Origin: a virus
Lineage: Duplodnaviria; Caudoviricetes
Length of the DNA stretch: 58,368 nucleotides
Reading direction: 5' to 3' (one strand)
IMG/VR virus record: IMGVR_UViG_3300049259_000040
Coordinates: 1-58,368 of that record
Position 1 is the first letter of the stretch. Each line of letters starts with the position of its first letter. Below the pieces are notes generated by a model. The model saw only the letters and a program-made list of their open reading frames with translations, had not been told where the DNA came from and ran no database searches. The position numbers and the translations under genes were made by a program. Below are positions 8,576-17,295 of the stretch, piece by piece.

Positions 8576-8727
8576 TGACCATCCGCCAGCAGCTCGTGGT
8601 GTTTAGCGTCGGCCTGACGCTGCTAGCAGTCGCGAGCGCGCTGGCGTCACTTCAGCATTGCGTGCTGGACGTGGTGCCGATTCACGACTCGACGTTCGAT
8701 GACAGTGATGCGGGGAGCGAGACATGA
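8575..8727 (+). CDS. Small membrane or secreted peptide
   Basis: Hydrophobic N-terminus, acidic DSDAG tail; coupled starts and stops. Confidence 0.5.
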   Translation: MTIRQQLVVFSVGLTLLAVASALASLQHCVLDVVPIHDSTFDDSDAGSET

Positions 8728-9029
8728 CAGCGAAATGGCTACCAGCCGGCATGAACGCAGGCAGCGTGAGCACGTACAACGATGTGATGCGCTTGGTTAC
8801 GCCTAGCGCACTGCCGGAGACTCCAGAGTGGCTGCGGCGATTGGAGGCCAACGAAGACTTTCAGGAGTTCTTGCGAACGCTGCGCGGCACTCCACCCGAG
8901 TTTTTGAATGCCATGTCAGTGGTAAAAGTTTTCACTAACTTCGCCATGGCGGCCGTGCATTTCGGAGCGCTCGTTGATTCTGCCCGTCACGTGATCGAAG
9001 CCAATAGCCGAGAACGAGGCAAAGCATGA
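8724..9029 (+). CDS. Hypothetical protein
   Basis: Coupled ORF. Confidence 0.6.
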   Translation: MTAKWLPAGMNAGSVSTYNDVMRLVTPSALPETPEWLRRLEANEDFQEFLRTLRGTPPEFLNAMSVVKVFTNFAMAAVHFGALVDSARHVIEANSRERGKA

Positions 9030-9781
9030 CTGACAAGTGCGAGTGCGAGCTGTGCCGGCGTCGTGAGTTGCATCCGGAGTTGACGCCGACGTCTGTCGAT
9101 CGCGTGGACGGCGCGCGCGGCAAGCCGGTTGTCCGATGCACGAAATGCGATTGGGCGATTATCGGCGGCGTTGGATACGGGGTCGACGGTCACTGCTACG
9201 AGTGCACGGAGAAGCAGATCGAGGAGTTCACCGAGTTCGCTGCCGACGGCATGTCGCTGGACGACTCTGAGCTCTCGGCGAAGTCGTGGGAGGGGCCGGC
9301 GTTCTCCGACAAGTGGGCGCGTATGGCGCTCGACGCAATCGGCGACAAATGGCTGACTTACGTTGCTCCCGAAGCTCTCGCTCCGAGCGATTATGCCCAG
9401 CGCGCGTTCGACAACACGACCAACCTGGAGATGATCGATCCAGCGACTAAGGCTGAATGGAAGCGGCGCCTGGCTGAGTCTGCAGAGCTCGTCCCCGCCG
9501 ACGACCACGAGACGCACGAGCGTGTGCACGCCGAGACGCGCGATCGTCTTGGACTGCCACCGCAGTACGCTACCGCCAAAGCGCGGGAGGAGCGTTTGCG
9601 TGCACTCGGGTTCGAGGAACCGACTGACGAGCAACGCGCGCGCGGCATGTTCGGCGCTGGGCTGCCGAAGTACGCAACTAGCGAACTGGCGCCCGTCGAC
9701 TGCCGAGCGTGCGGCCGCGTGCTGGGAAGCCCCGAAGAGTTCATGGCGCATGAGTGCGCAGCGGAGACGAATGATGCCTAA
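9026..9781 (+). CDS. Multi-zinc-finger protein
   Basis: CxCxxC, CxxC...HCxxC and CxxC...HxC motifs. Confidence 0.65.
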   Translation: MTDKCECELCRRRELHPELTPTSVDRVDGARGKPVVRCTKCDWAIIGGVGYGVDGHCYECTEKQIEEFTEFAADGMSLDDSELSAKSWEGPAFSDKWARMALDAIGDKWLTYVAPEALAPSDYAQRAFDNTTNLEMIDPATKAEWKRRLAESAELVPADDHETHERVHAETRDRLGLPPQYATAKAREERLRALGFEEPTDEQRARGMFGAGLPKYATSELAPVDCRACGRVLGSPEEFMAHECAAETNDA

Positions 9782-10214
9782 GACCAAGCCCAAGTTGCCC
9801 ACCATGCCCACGAAGCCGAGCAAGCCTTCCAAGCCCAAAGCGCCGCTGTTCGGCAGCAAGAAGAAGGGCGTCGCCTGTGCTGCGCTCGCGATGAGCCTGA
9901 CGGGCTGCGCCGCAACGCAGGCGTATGTCGCGCAGCATCCCGACCAAGCCGAGATCATCAACGCCGTCGCGCAGGGCGTGCAGTGTGCCGACCCGCTCGT
10001 CGCGTCAGCCATCAACGGTGCCAGCTGGCAATCGCTCACCGCGGGCGCGCTCTCGTGCGTCATCAGCTTGGTCGACGGCGGCAAGCTCAAGCCCGAGCTG
10101 CAGACTGTCGCCGAGTCGGCTGCGTACGATCACTTGCAGCGCGCGCGTGACCGCGTCGTCACCAGCAAGGCTGTCTGCGCAGCTCTTAGCTTCGACCCGA
10201 AGCCGGCGAACTGA
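9771..10214 (+). CDS. Putative lipoprotein with Lys/Pro-rich N-region
   Basis: KPKLPTMPTKPSKPSKPK followed by ALAMSLTGC lipobox. Confidence 0.6.
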   Translation: MMPKTKPKLPTMPTKPSKPSKPKAPLFGSKKKGVACAALAMSLTGCAATQAYVAQHPDQAEIINAVAQGVQCADPLVASAINGASWQSLTAGALSCVISLVDGGKLKPELQTVAESAAYDHLQRARDRVVTSKAVCAALSFDPKPAN

Positions 10215-10215
10215 C

Positions 10216-12028
10216 ATGACCTGGCTCGTCAGCTTGTTCTGTCGCGTGTTCGCTCACCACGGCGCCGGCAAGACGTGGGTGACGACGTACGAGCACAGCG
10301 ACAACGAAGGCGCTGACCCGGACGTGCTCTACCCTCGTCGCACGCTCGTGTGCGAGCGCTGCCAGGACGTGATCGAGAGCGCTATCTACGACTTGCCGGA
10401 GGATGCGTGACAGCATCAGGCTGCGCTGCCAACTCAGACTTCGACCCGCACGCGTTCACCAATACGTGCGCTGACTGCGGCGATCTCTACTCGAATCTCG
10501 TGCGCCCGCCAGAAGGCGTGAAGTTCGGATCGTTGTTTGCCGATGAGGACGAGGGCGGAGACTTTGCGGTCATCTGCCTTCCGTGTCTTAAGCTCCGGAG
10601 AGCGAGCAAGAGATGACCAAGAAAGAGCAGGAACTCGACGTGTTCGTCCGCTCGATCCTCCTGGCGTGGATCGACCACAACTCGAACTGGAACGACCGGG
10701 TGGTGTCTCGCGATATTCTGAACTCCTGCGCCCGCCAGTTCTTCGGCGAAGCGGACTACGAGATGCACGTCGAGCGTGTCAGGCGCCGATGTCGCGAGCA
10801 GGACAAGGCGCGTGCGGAGGGCAGGCTATGACCTACGCGCTCGCTGCAGCGGAGGATGCGTGATGCGCTTGCGAATCAACGCGACGCCGTCGTTATTCCT
10901 CAGCGCCATGGATGTGCGCGTGTACCGAGATCCGTACGAAGAAGGCGACGCGATTTGCATGCTGAGCCTGGCTTTGCAAGCCCAGCCGAGCATGTATACA
11001 GCGATCTGCGCTGAGCTTGAGAAGGCGGTCAACGACGTCTTGGCACTTCACATGGATGACAACGATTGATGCCGACCTACGCGCTCGCTGCAGCCCTTCT
11101 GCTCGTCGCGTGCGGCTGGCCTCGCAGCCAGTACGACCACACGTTGATCGGCCACCACGGGGCGCCAGGCGTGACCGTGGTGAGCATCTGCGAGCCGCCG
11201 TGCTGCGAGTCGGAGTTCGACGCTGGCGTTGCGACCGAGTTCCCGGAGAGTTGTTGGCAATGAATCGGACAGCTGCAACCAGGTTCCAGCTCGGCGGACG
11301 GCTCACGGTGAGCCGGTCCGGTGCTCTGTTTTGCCGAGCGAACTTGGTTGGAGCCGTTCGGCATTGAGGCCAGCTCATGAAAGACGACGAAGCCATCGCG
11401 CACATCAACGAGCACATGAACAAGAGCCCGGCGCGGCTGAACGTACAGCTTGCATGGCGGCACCTGCTCGTGCGTCTCGCGTGGCTTGGCGAGCTCGAAG
11501 CGGCATGGATTCAAGAGATGCATGCCAGCGAGGAGGCAACGAAGCCATGAGCCTTGTGACTATCATGGTCAGCCCGCTCTGGCGTGCGCAGATCGAAGCT
11601 GGCTCGACCGAGGTCGCTTCGATGCAGATGCGTGGCTACAAGGTCACGTACAACCCGTACGTGCCTGCGTATGCTCCGCTCGGTCGACAGCCGATGTGGA
11701 AGCGTGTCGCCCGCGCGTTGCGACTCATGAAACCGGCCAAGCGTCAGCCGCAGGTGTTCGTGCTGCCCGAGGAGGTGACGCTATGAGCCTTGCAAACAAA
11801 GGGCGCGACGACAGCGCCATCGACCTCGCGTACGACCCCGAGGAGCGCGTGTACGTGTGCGCCAAGTGCAGCCTGAGCGGTGACGTTGACGCGCGTCTGC
11901 CGCATCCGCAAGCAGCGCTCGAACACGTCGCGATGCACATGGTGAGCGGCGATAGCGTGCCCGAGTACGTGGGTCAGACGCTCCAGGGTGATGATGAAGT
12001 TTGGCAGTACCGGAAGGTCGAGGAGTAG
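10216..12028 (+). other. Run of small coupled hypothetical genes: 10216-10410, 10407-10616, 10613-10831, 10863-11069, 11069-11263 (lipobox LVACG), 11377-11550, 11547-11786, 11783-12028
   Basis: ATGA/GTGA overlaps, GGAGG RBSs, CxxC motifs. Confidence 0.65.
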
Positions 12029-12031
12029 ACG

Positions 12032-12838
12032 ATGGCCAATGGATTTTCGCTTCACGTCGGGCTCAATAGCGTAGACGCGCGCCACTACGGTGGATGGGAC
12101 GGCGCTCTGTACGGCTGCGAGAACGACGCCAACGACATGGCGACCGTGGCAGCTGATGCAGGCTTCGCGCGCCAAGTCATCCTGCTGACGAAAGACGCGA
12201 CCGCTGCGCACGTGCTCGCGACGCTGCGAAGCTACTGCCAGATTGCGAAGCCTGGGGACACGGTGCTGTTCACCAACAGCTCGCACGGTGGCCAGCTGCC
12301 CGACGAGAACGGCGACGAAGCCGACCACGCCGACGAGACGATTTGCACTTACGACCGGGAGGTCTGTGACGACGAGCTCGCGGCCGTGTGGTCGCTCGCG
12401 AAGCCCGGCGTCCGCATCCTGACTGTCAGCGATAGCTGTCACAGCGGCACAGTCGTGCGGCTGATGCCGACTCCCGGCAACCTGATGCGCGAGTCTCGCG
12501 AGATGCACCCAGCTGTCGCCCGCGCGACGTACGAGCAGAACCGCGACGTGTACGATCCCATCCTGCGTGACCCCGGACTGCGCGAGTACCGCGGCCAGAT
12601 TCAAGCGTATGTGCTTCATTTAGGCGCGTGCGCTGACAATCAGACCAGCTTCGATGGCAGCGTGAACGGTCTGTTCACCGAGAAGCTGCTCGCCGTGCTC
12701 AAGAAAGAGCCCAAGTCGTACGGTGACTTGGTTGCGCGCGTGCGGCGCTTGATGCCGTCCGACCAGACGCCCGAATACCGCTACGCAGGCCCGCGCTGCC
12801 CAGCGTTCGAGGCGAGCAAGCCGTTCAGCATCACATGA
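12032..12838 (+). CDS. Caspase-family (peptidase C14) metacaspase
   Basis: LYGCENDA, SSHGGQ (catalytic His), DETIC.YD, SDSCHSG (catalytic Cys), NGLFT, DQTP. Confidence 0.9.
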   Translation: MANGFSLHVGLNSVDARHYGGWDGALYGCENDANDMATVAADAGFARQVILLTKDATAAHVLATLRSYCQIAKPGDTVLFTNSSHGGQLPDENGDEADHADETICTYDREVCDDELAAVWSLAKPGVRILTVSDSCHSGTVVRLMPTPGNLMRESREMHPAVARATYEQNRDVYDPILRDPGLREYRGQIQAYVLHLGACADNQTSFDGSVNGLFTEKLLAVLKKEPKSYGDLVARVRRLMPSDQTPEYRYAGPRCPAFEASKPFSIT

Positions 12839-13113
12839 CAACTCCCAACAACGTCAAAGTCTACTGGTCAAAGTTCCAAAAGTCTGGGCTGGCGTGGCGC
12901 GTGGTTGTCAGGCAGCCAGATGGCTCCGACACGCTTCTGGAGATTCGCTCGCCGAAAGATAGCGACCTCAACGTTCACACGCAGTGGCTGAGCGACCAAG
13001 TGCTAGAGCGCGTCTCCGGAACGCTAGCCAGCATGGACCAAGCAACATGCGCGTTGGACAGCGAGTGGCCGCCCGAATACCTGCCACTGAAAGAGGTCGC
13101 CGACAAACCATGA
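12835..13113 (+). CDS. Hypothetical protein
   Basis: Coupled ORF. Confidence 0.55.
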   Translation: MTTPNNVKVYWSKFQKSGLAWRVVVRQPDGSDTLLEIRSPKDSDLNVHTQWLSDQVLERVSGTLASMDQATCALDSEWPPEYLPLKEVADKP

Positions 13114-13394
13114 CCAAGAAGCAATCGGTCAAAGAGCGCTTGGCGGAGTACATCGAGCCGCATCTCAAGCCAATGGTCACCGTGGTTGCGACCGTGGCCT
13201 ATCAGCCCGGGCGCGGCGCGATGGCGCAGATATCCGCAGCGGCGCTGCTCATCAAGACGGCGATCGAGTGCGACGAGAAGTCGGTCGAACTCACCGAGGA
13301 GCAACAGACGCGCGTCACGAGAGCGGTCGACATGCTCGAGCTAGAGCGCGAGTACCAAGAGCGCCGCGAGCGCGGTGAGTACGGCGTGTCCTGA
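13110..13394 (+). CDS. Possible terminase small subunit
   Basis: 94-aa helical protein directly upstream of and coupled to TerL; positional inference only. Confidence 0.4.
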   Translation: MTKKQSVKERLAEYIEPHLKPMVTVVATVAYQPGRGAMAQISAAALLIKTAIECDEKSVELTEEQQTRVTRAVDMLELEREYQERRERGEYGVS

Positions 13395-15199
13395 TGGAAG
13401 TTGTCGCCGCCAAGTCGCTGAGTAACAAGGAGGTCGTCGACGCCTTTTGGCACGGCGGCAACCTCAAGTTCCTCATGCACGACGGGCAGAGGCGCTGCCG
13501 CGACCAGATTCACGCTTGGCGAGCCATCGACCAGAACTCGGACACGCACAGTCTAATCGCTGGCAGCATGCCGCGCGTCTTCTGCGTCGCGAAAGCCGGC
13601 CGCTTCGGCGGGACAACGCTGTTGCTCTGGATCATGGCAGAGCTGCAAGTGTGGTTTGCCGAAAAGCACAAGCGCCCGATGTTTCTGCGCTTCACCTCGG
13701 CTTGGCAGAAGTCCATCGACGAGATTATCGGCGCGATCGTCCCGCAGTGCTTCGAGACGGCACCGCCCGAGTGCAGGCCTCAATACTTCGGCAAGCGCGG
13801 CACCAAGCCCGCTGGCCTGTACTTCCCAGTCTACGGGCCGATGAACGGCGGCAGCATCGCGCTCGCTGGTCTCGACATGAACCCGGACGCGACGCGCGGT
13901 CAGGCAAGCGATGGCGACGTCGTGTCCGAAGCGGCGTTCGTCAAGAAGCTCGATTACACCCTGCGCTCGGTCCTCTATCGCCAGTACCAGGGACGACCTT
14001 GGGCTCGCGCGTTCATCGAGAGCAGCGCGCCGAAGGACCTGCACACCGACTGGGAGCGCATCTACGTCCCTGACTGCAAGATGCGTGGCGCGTACTTCTC
14101 CGCGACGATCGAGGACAACTCGCGGCTGTCTCGCGCCGAGAAGGACGCGTTCATCTCGGCGGCCGGTGGCCGTGGCAATGCCAACTGCGAGCGCGAGTAT
14201 TTCAACGTCATCAGCGGCGACCCGCAGAAGCGGGTGTTTCCAGAGTTCGAGCCCGCGCAGTTCGTGCGCGACATGCCGCGACCCAAGCACGCCTACGCGC
14301 TCGCTGGCTTCGATCCCGGCTTTCGGCACCTATTCGGCGCGCTGTGGGCCTACTACGACTTCGAGCGCGCAACGATCGTGGTGCAGGACAGTTGGGCAGG
14401 CTCGAACGCCTCGACCGCCAAGGTGGCGTGCATCACAGCCGCTCGCGAGTACAGCCTCTACGGCGCGCTGCCTCCGATGTCGCTGTCGTTCATCCCTCTC
14501 GAACGCGACGACAATCGGCTCGGCTGGCGAGACTACCTGCGCGGCGATCGGTGTGAGGAGCTGGCTGACGACTTGTTCGAGCTGTCGACTATGGCGCCGA
14601 TCGATCGCCCCGACTACGAGCACCGGCCGGGTAAGTTCGTGCGCTTCGATCGGCCTGGACAATGGACGTACTACGACAACGTGTCGCGTCACGAGTTCAT
14701 GCCGAACCCCGAGACGCGCGTTGCCGACGTCGACCTGAAGCTCATCGCTGACATGCGTGAGACGTTCGGGTTCGACTTCCAGACGACGACCAAGGAAACG
14801 TTGCGCGGCATGGTGAACAACGCGCGTGCGTGGTTCTCGCAAGGTCGCATCGTGTTCTTGCCAGACTGCGGTCCGGTGATCGACCACGTGCACGCGGCGC
14901 AATGGGCCGATGACGGCAAGAAGCTCGACGAGCACAGCGTCTATGGTCACTACGACCTTGCGGCTGCGCTGACCTACGCTATCCGCTACTTCGCGCTGAT
15001 CGAGAACCTGAACCCGATGCCGCCAGTGGGCGTGATCGAGTCTCGCGATCGTCCCGGCGCAGTCGTCGAGCGCATGCCGTGGCAAACGACGCTCCCGCAC
15101 GAACTCGAAGTAGACCGACGCATCGAAGCCTTTGAGGCTGAACTCGCCGCCGAGCGCGGCAGGATGCGCGACCCCGTGAGAATGAGGCCATTCAAGTGA
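13394..15199 (+). CDS. terL: Terminase large subunit
   Basis: Walker A-like KAGRFGGTT, TRG...VVSEAAF Walker B, EREY, nuclease GFDPGF and YDLAAALTYA. Confidence 0.9.
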   Translation: MEVVAAKSLSNKEVVDAFWHGGNLKFLMHDGQRRCRDQIHAWRAIDQNSDTHSLIAGSMPRVFCVAKAGRFGGTTLLLWIMAELQVWFAEKHKRPMFLRFTSAWQKSIDEIIGAIVPQCFETAPPECRPQYFGKRGTKPAGLYFPVYGPMNGGSIALAGLDMNPDATRGQASDGDVVSEAAFVKKLDYTLRSVLYRQYQGRPWARAFIESSAPKDLHTDWERIYVPDCKMRGAYFSATIEDNSRLSRAEKDAFISAAGGRGNANCEREYFNVISGDPQKRVFPEFEPAQFVRDMPRPKHAYALAGFDPGFRHLFGALWAYYDFERATIVVQDSWAGSNASTAKVACITAAREYSLYGALPPMSLSFIPLERDDNRLGWRDYLRGDRCEELADDLFELSTMAPIDRPDYEHRPGKFVRFDRPGQWTYYDNVSRHEFMPNPETRVADVDLKLIADMRETFGFDFQTTTKETLRGMVNNARAWFSQGRIVFLPDCGPVIDHVHAAQWADDGKKLDEHSVYGHYDLAAALTYAIRYFALIENLNPMPPVGVIESRDRPGAVVERMPWQTTLPHELEVDRRIEAFEAELAAERGRMRDPVRMRPFK

Positions 15200-15517
15200 G
15201 CGCTGAAGAGAAGAACGAACTTGTGTACGGCGAGTGGAGCAACGCGCAGTTGCTCGCTGCTGTGATTACGCGCCTGTCGCACCAGGGGCCGAGCTACGAG
15301 AATGCGCAAGCCGCTGTTCATATCCGCACCGCGCTCCTGTGGATGGGAACGCCGAAGGAGAAGCTGCCATGATTAGCCGATCAAACGCGCTTCTCAATCT
15401 GCTAATCGCCCTGACGATGTTTGTATCAGGCTACCTGGTTGGCAGACAGACCATGGGCATGGCTGCCGTATCCTACTGTGGGTCCTGCGGACGCGAAGCG
15501 TTCAGGTCGGTGTGGCC

Positions 15518-15865
15518 ATGATCATCATCTCGATCATGTGCGCGACGCTGTTTGCTCTCGGGCTGCTCGCGTTCTTCTTCGACTGGTCGAAGCTGCGCCA
15601 GCCGAAGCCGCACGACGACTTCGCGCGCCGTATGTCTCAGGTGGAGTTCGACACGAAGCAATCGCTCTCGGAGATGCGCGCGACGATCGACACGTTACGA
15701 CGCGACATGCTCGGCCACGCCGACGACGCGCGACGAGCGGCGCTGCGTGTGACGAACGAGTTGGAAGACAAGCGCGTGTACTTCGACATGGCACTACAGC
15801 GGGCGGATAACGAGCGCTCGAAGACGATGCAAGACGCGGCCGACATGATGAGCCGCAGGAGATAG
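15518..15865 (+). CDS. Membrane-anchored coiled-coil protein
   Basis: N-terminal TM helix followed by heptad pattern. Confidence 0.55.
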   Translation: MIIISIMCATLFALGLLAFFFDWSKLRQPKPHDDFARRMSQVEFDTKQSLSEMRATIDTLRRDMLGHADDARRAALRVTNELEDKRVYFDMALQRADNERSKTMQDAADMMSRRR

Positions 15866-15869
15866 CGAG

Positions 15870-16268
15870 ATGACTAATGACCAGGTATGGGCACTGTTCG
15901 AGCGTATGCAGGGCGAGATCGCCCGAGAGATTCGAAACCTACTGGGCGAGCCGCCCTATGATCAAAAGCTATTCGACGACGCGCAGCGCACGCGGCGCGT
16001 CGAATCGCTGAAGATTGTAGCGGCTGACCCCAGGAGCGAAGCAGAGCGTCATGAGGCGTGGCGTGAGCAGCATGTCGCGCTTGGCTGGACGCAGGGGGCG
16101 GAGTTCAAGCCGGAGATCAAGCAGCACACCAATCTAGTGCCGTTCGATCAACTTCCCGCGACCACGCAGAGCAAGGTCCGCATCTTCGACATCGTGGCGA
16201 AGTATGCGCAGGCAATCGTCCAAGACGAGGCTGAATACAAGACAGAGTATCCGTCGGAAGGACTTTGA
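15870..16268 (+). CDS. RyR-domain protein
   Basis: HEAW...GWTQG...KQHTNLVPFDQLP signature. Confidence 0.75.
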   Translation: MTNDQVWALFERMQGEIAREIRNLLGEPPYDQKLFDDAQRTRRVESLKIVAADPRSEAERHEAWREQHVALGWTQGAEFKPEIKQHTNLVPFDQLPATTQSKVRIFDIVAKYAQAIVQDEAEYKTEYPSEGL

Positions 16269-16645
16269 AAATGGAAGCCACACCCATCAAGCCTGAAGAG
16301 AAGTACGACGTGACGTTCTGGGACGGCAAAGCGCACGACCCGGAGATCAAGGAAGGCTCGCCCGAAGTTGTGCCCACCACGCCAGGCAGCAACGAACTGC
16401 CACGCGGCATCGTGGTCGGTTACGTCGGCAGCATCCTCGAAGGCGACGGCAACACCGTCCACCCCGGTGACGCGATCGTGAAGCTGTTCGTGAGCGGCCA
16501 GCTGGCAGCAGTCGTCGGCCTCGAGCGTCAGCGCGCGCTGACGTTGTTCGGCTTCGAGGAGCTGTCCGAAGACGAGGTCGAGGACGAAGATTCCGGCTTG
16601 CCGAAGCTGCCGGCGTCGAGTCTGACTAACAAAGAGGACGAGTGA
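16265..16645 (+). CDS. Hypothetical acidic protein
   Basis: Coupled ORF in packaging region. Confidence 0.6.
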   Translation: MKMEATPIKPEEKYDVTFWDGKAHDPEIKEGSPEVVPTTPGSNELPRGIVVGYVGSILEGDGNTVHPGDAIVKLFVSGQLAAVVGLERQRALTLFGFEELSEDEVEDEDSGLPKLPASSLTNKEDE

Positions 16646-17250
16646 GCATGGCCGCGCCCGACAAGACTCCCGAGCCAGCGAAGCTCCCAGCGGCATCGCC
16701 GTTCAAGTTCAAGATCGCCGAGATACCCGTCGACACGTTCGGCGGCATCGGCACGACGTCTGCCGAACTCGACGACCGCAACCCGCTCCAGGAGACGTAC
16801 TTCATCCACGTGCGCGACAAGTTCGAAGCAGCCGCCGCGAAGGAGTGGCTGTTCAAGAACGCACCCGAGGTGCCCTACGACAACCTTCGCGAGACGCTGC
16901 CTTTGGACAAGCTGACGCCTCGCAGTATCGTCATCCTGCTCGCCCGCAAGGGAACCATCATGCGTCCAGTCGAGCCTGCTCAGCCGGTCGAGGGGCGCAC
17001 GATGGAAGGTTTCCTCGCGCACAAGGATGTGCCTGTTGCGAAACTTGCCGAGCAGATGGCCGCGTACGGTCCGATCGAGGTCTCGCGCTTCTATCGCAAT
17101 CGCTCGCGGCTCTCTGGCGGCGGTCTGGACGTGAACGCGTTTCTCCACGAACTAGGGCTCCTCATTCACCCCTACACGTTCGGCTGGGTGGATGCGCCGA
17201 GTCGAGCCGACCAGCCTCCGGGCACGACCGTGTATCTCAAGCAAGTCTGA
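16642..17250 (+). CDS. Hypothetical protein
   Basis: 202-aa ORF with strong coding bias. Confidence 0.65.
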   Translation: MSMAAPDKTPEPAKLPAASPFKFKIAEIPVDTFGGIGTTSAELDDRNPLQETYFIHVRDKFEAAAAKEWLFKNAPEVPYDNLRETLPLDKLTPRSIVILLARKGTIMRPVEPAQPVEGRTMEGFLAHKDVPVAKLAEQMAAYGPIEVSRFYRNRSRLSGGGLDVNAFLHELGLLIHPYTFGWVDAPSRADQPPGTTVYLKQV

Positions 17251-17295
17251 AGTGACGCAACCTGAACCGAGCTTGCGGGGTAGTAGGCCGATGAG

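Noticed and set aside
8572-8580. Additional hammerhead cores (CTGATGA at 8572 and 50065; CTGA...GAAA near 49667-49716)
   Set aside because: Required stems and the GAAA/NUH arrangement are absent; 8572 is a stop-start junction
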